NCBI GenBank assembly: GCA_017623575.1
Contig: JAGAOS010000005.1
Span: 14,350-78,349, forward strand
Origin: Clostridia bacterium
Lineage (GTDB): Bacteria > Bacillota > Clostridia > Oscillospirales > Acutalibacteraceae
Direction of reading: 5' to 3'
Length of the DNA: 64,000 nucleotides
The notes below the pieces were generated by a model that had not been told where the DNA came from, did not search any database, and was given only the letters and a program-made list of their open reading frames with translations. Positions within the stretch are counted from its first letter, which is position 1, and each line of letters starts with the position of its first letter. Both the position numbers and the translations under genes were made by a program. Below are positions 62,588-64,000 of this stretch, piece by piece.

Positions 62588-63658
62588 ATGTTAGATATTA
62601 AATTTAAAAAAGCAGAAGTTTTAAAGGAAAAGCCTCAAAAGGGTCAGCCTTTGGGCTTTGGTAAAATCTTTACCGACTATATGTTTACTATGCAGTATAC
62701 CGAGGGTCAGGGCTGGCACGATCCCGTTATTGAGCCCTACCACGATTTGACCCTTTCGCCCGCCGCAATGGTTTTCCACTACGGTCAGGAGATGTTTGAG
62801 GGTCTTAAGGCTTACAAGGGCGAGGACGGCAAGGTTTATTTATTCCGCCCCGATATGAACGCAAAGCGTGCAAACCGTTCTAACGACCGTCTTTGTATTC
62901 CCAATATCCCCGAGGAGGATTTTGTTCAGGCTGTTACCGAGCTTGTAAGCGTGGAACGAGATTGGATTCCCGAAGATGAGGGTACCTCTCTTTACATTCG
63001 TCCCTTTGTTATTGCTACCGATGATTTCTTAGGCGTTGCGCCCTCTAAAACATATTTGTTTATGATTATTCTTTCACCCAGCGGTGCCTACTATGCAAGC
63101 GGTCTTGCACCTGTTGGCATTTGGATTGAGGATGAATTCGTTCGTGCCGTTAAGGGTGGTACAGGCTTTGCCAAAACAGGCGGTAACTATGCATCCAGCC
63201 TTATTGCTCAGGTTAAGGCACACGATGCAGGCTTCTCTCAGGTGCTTTGGCTTGACGGTGTTGAGCGCAAGTATATTGAAGAGGTTGGCGCAATGAACAT
63301 CTTCTTTAAAATAAACGGCAAGCTTGTTACTCCCGCCATTAACGGTAGTATTCTTCCCGGTGTTACCCGCGATTCTGTTATCAATCTTGTTAAATCCTGG
63401 GGCATTGAGGTTGAGGAACGCAAGATTTCTGTAGACGAGCTTTTAGAGGCTCAGCACTCAGGCGCACTGGAAGAGGTATTTGGTACAGGTACTGCCGCCG
63501 TTATCTCCCCTGTTGGTAAGCTTCGCTTTATGGATGAGGTTATGACCATTAAAGATGGTAACATTGGTCCCTTAAGCCAGAAAATTTATGATACCATCAC
63601 CGGCATCCAGTGGGGCAAGGTTGAGGATCCCTTTGGCTGGAGAATTGAAGTTAAATAA
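62588..63658 (+). CDS. ilvE: Branched-chain amino acid aminotransferase (class IV)
   Basis: ATG at 62588 (MLDIKFKK). Contains GQEMFEGLKAYKG, YIRPF, GGTGFAKTGGNYASS, EEVGAMNIFF and GTGTAAVISPV. Confidence 0.92.
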   Translation: MLDIKFKKAEVLKEKPQKGQPLGFGKIFTDYMFTMQYTEGQGWHDPVIEPYHDLTLSPAAMVFHYGQEMFEGLKAYKGEDGKVYLFRPDMNAKRANRSNDRLCIPNIPEEDFVQAVTELVSVERDWIPEDEGTSLYIRPFVIATDDFLGVAPSKTYLFMIILSPSGAYYASGLAPVGIWIEDEFVRAVKGGTGFAKTGGNYASSLIAQVKAHDAGFSQVLWLDGVERKYIEEVGAMNIFFKINGKLVTPAINGSILPGVTRDSVINLVKSWGIEVEERKISVDELLEAQHSGALEEVFGTGTAAVISPVGKLRFMDEVMTIKDGNIGPLSQKIYDTITGIQWGKVEDPFGWRIEVK

Positions 63659-63734
63659 AACAATAAAACAAATTTTAAAGGTATTATAAAAAACAAACGC
63701 CACCTTTAAAATTCCAAACATCTTAATAAGCATA

Positions 63735-63788
63735 AAAAATCTGCAATAAAAATGCAAAATGAGCATTTTATTGCAGATTTTTGTTTTA
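63735..63788 (+). terminator. Intrinsic terminator
   Basis: Long stem aaaaatctgcaataaaaatgc / gcattttattgcagattttt followed by a T-run. Confidence 0.8.
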
Positions 63789-63844
63789 AAACTTAAATCA
63801 GCCTATAAATATATTTAATAAATTATAGATTATGGTACAAATTC

Positions 63845-64000
63845 CTAATCCTTTTTCCGACTTAAAAGAGCAACTGTTTCAACATGCTCGGTGTGGGGAA
63901 ACATATCCACCATCTGATTATACAAATTGGGATTTATTGAATCCTTTCTTTTTAAGATATATCCATTGTACTATATCCGTATTTCAAAATCTGTTTTTGT
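63845..64000 (-). pseudogene. 3' end of a RumA/RlmD-type RNA (uracil-5)-methyltransferase gene with an in-frame TAG; possibly a pseudogene or remnant
   Basis: The minus-strand translation reads ...TKTDFEIRI-stop-YNGYILKRKDSINPNLYNQMVDMFPHTEHVETVALLSRKKD-stop. VDMFPHTEHVE is the family's C-terminal signature. The TAG lies about 43 codons before the end, and the gene runs off the window. Confidence 0.4.

Overview
The window looks like a chromosomal segment of a Gram-positive, Clostridia-like Firmicute, judged from strong GGAGG-type ribosome-binding sites, AT-rich intergenic DNA and gene content. All family and domain names below come from reading motifs by eye and from memory; no database search was run.

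Housekeeping blocks:
- Left: prmA and prfB.
- Middle: lepA, apbE, a D-Ala-D-Ala carboxypeptidase, pgi, and a lysine riboswitch upstream of an NhaC-family transporter.
- Right: murD, two M42 peptidases, a GNAT, a ynbB-like gene and ilvE.

Accessory region 1 (about 2.6-31.3 kb, mostly minus strand) is a glycan-utilisation island. It contains:
- three paralogs of an unclassified TIM-barrel glycosidase-like protein, one of them a lipoprotein;
- a 1677-aa and a 1339-aa secreted protein built from repeated CBM-like modules;
- a LacZ-type GH2 enzyme and an MFS-GH2 fusion protein;
- a Gfo/Idh/MocA oxidoreductase, a DMT transporter and an AraC regulator;
- a roughly 1 kb putative toxin/immunity cassette inserted at the 3' end of one gene and flanked by 50-bp direct repeats.

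Accessory region 2 (about 42.2-55.6 kb, minus strand) is a secreted-fibre locus of the SipW / TasA / BsaA type. It contains:
- two SipW-type signal peptidases;
- six proteins with SipW-type signal peptides, two of which (703 and 671 aa) carry beta-helix or LRR passenger domains;
- one TasA-like protein with a sortase sorting signal.

Within region 2, three copies of a hairpin-rich composite repeat with compensatory stem changes lie between genes. The locus is bordered by a TetR gene, small genes typical of mobile elements, and a tyrosine recombinase next to three core-type (dif-like) recombination sites arranged so that inversion is possible.

A second family of short GATAAATT-bounded hairpin repeats populates the intergenic regions of the glycan island.
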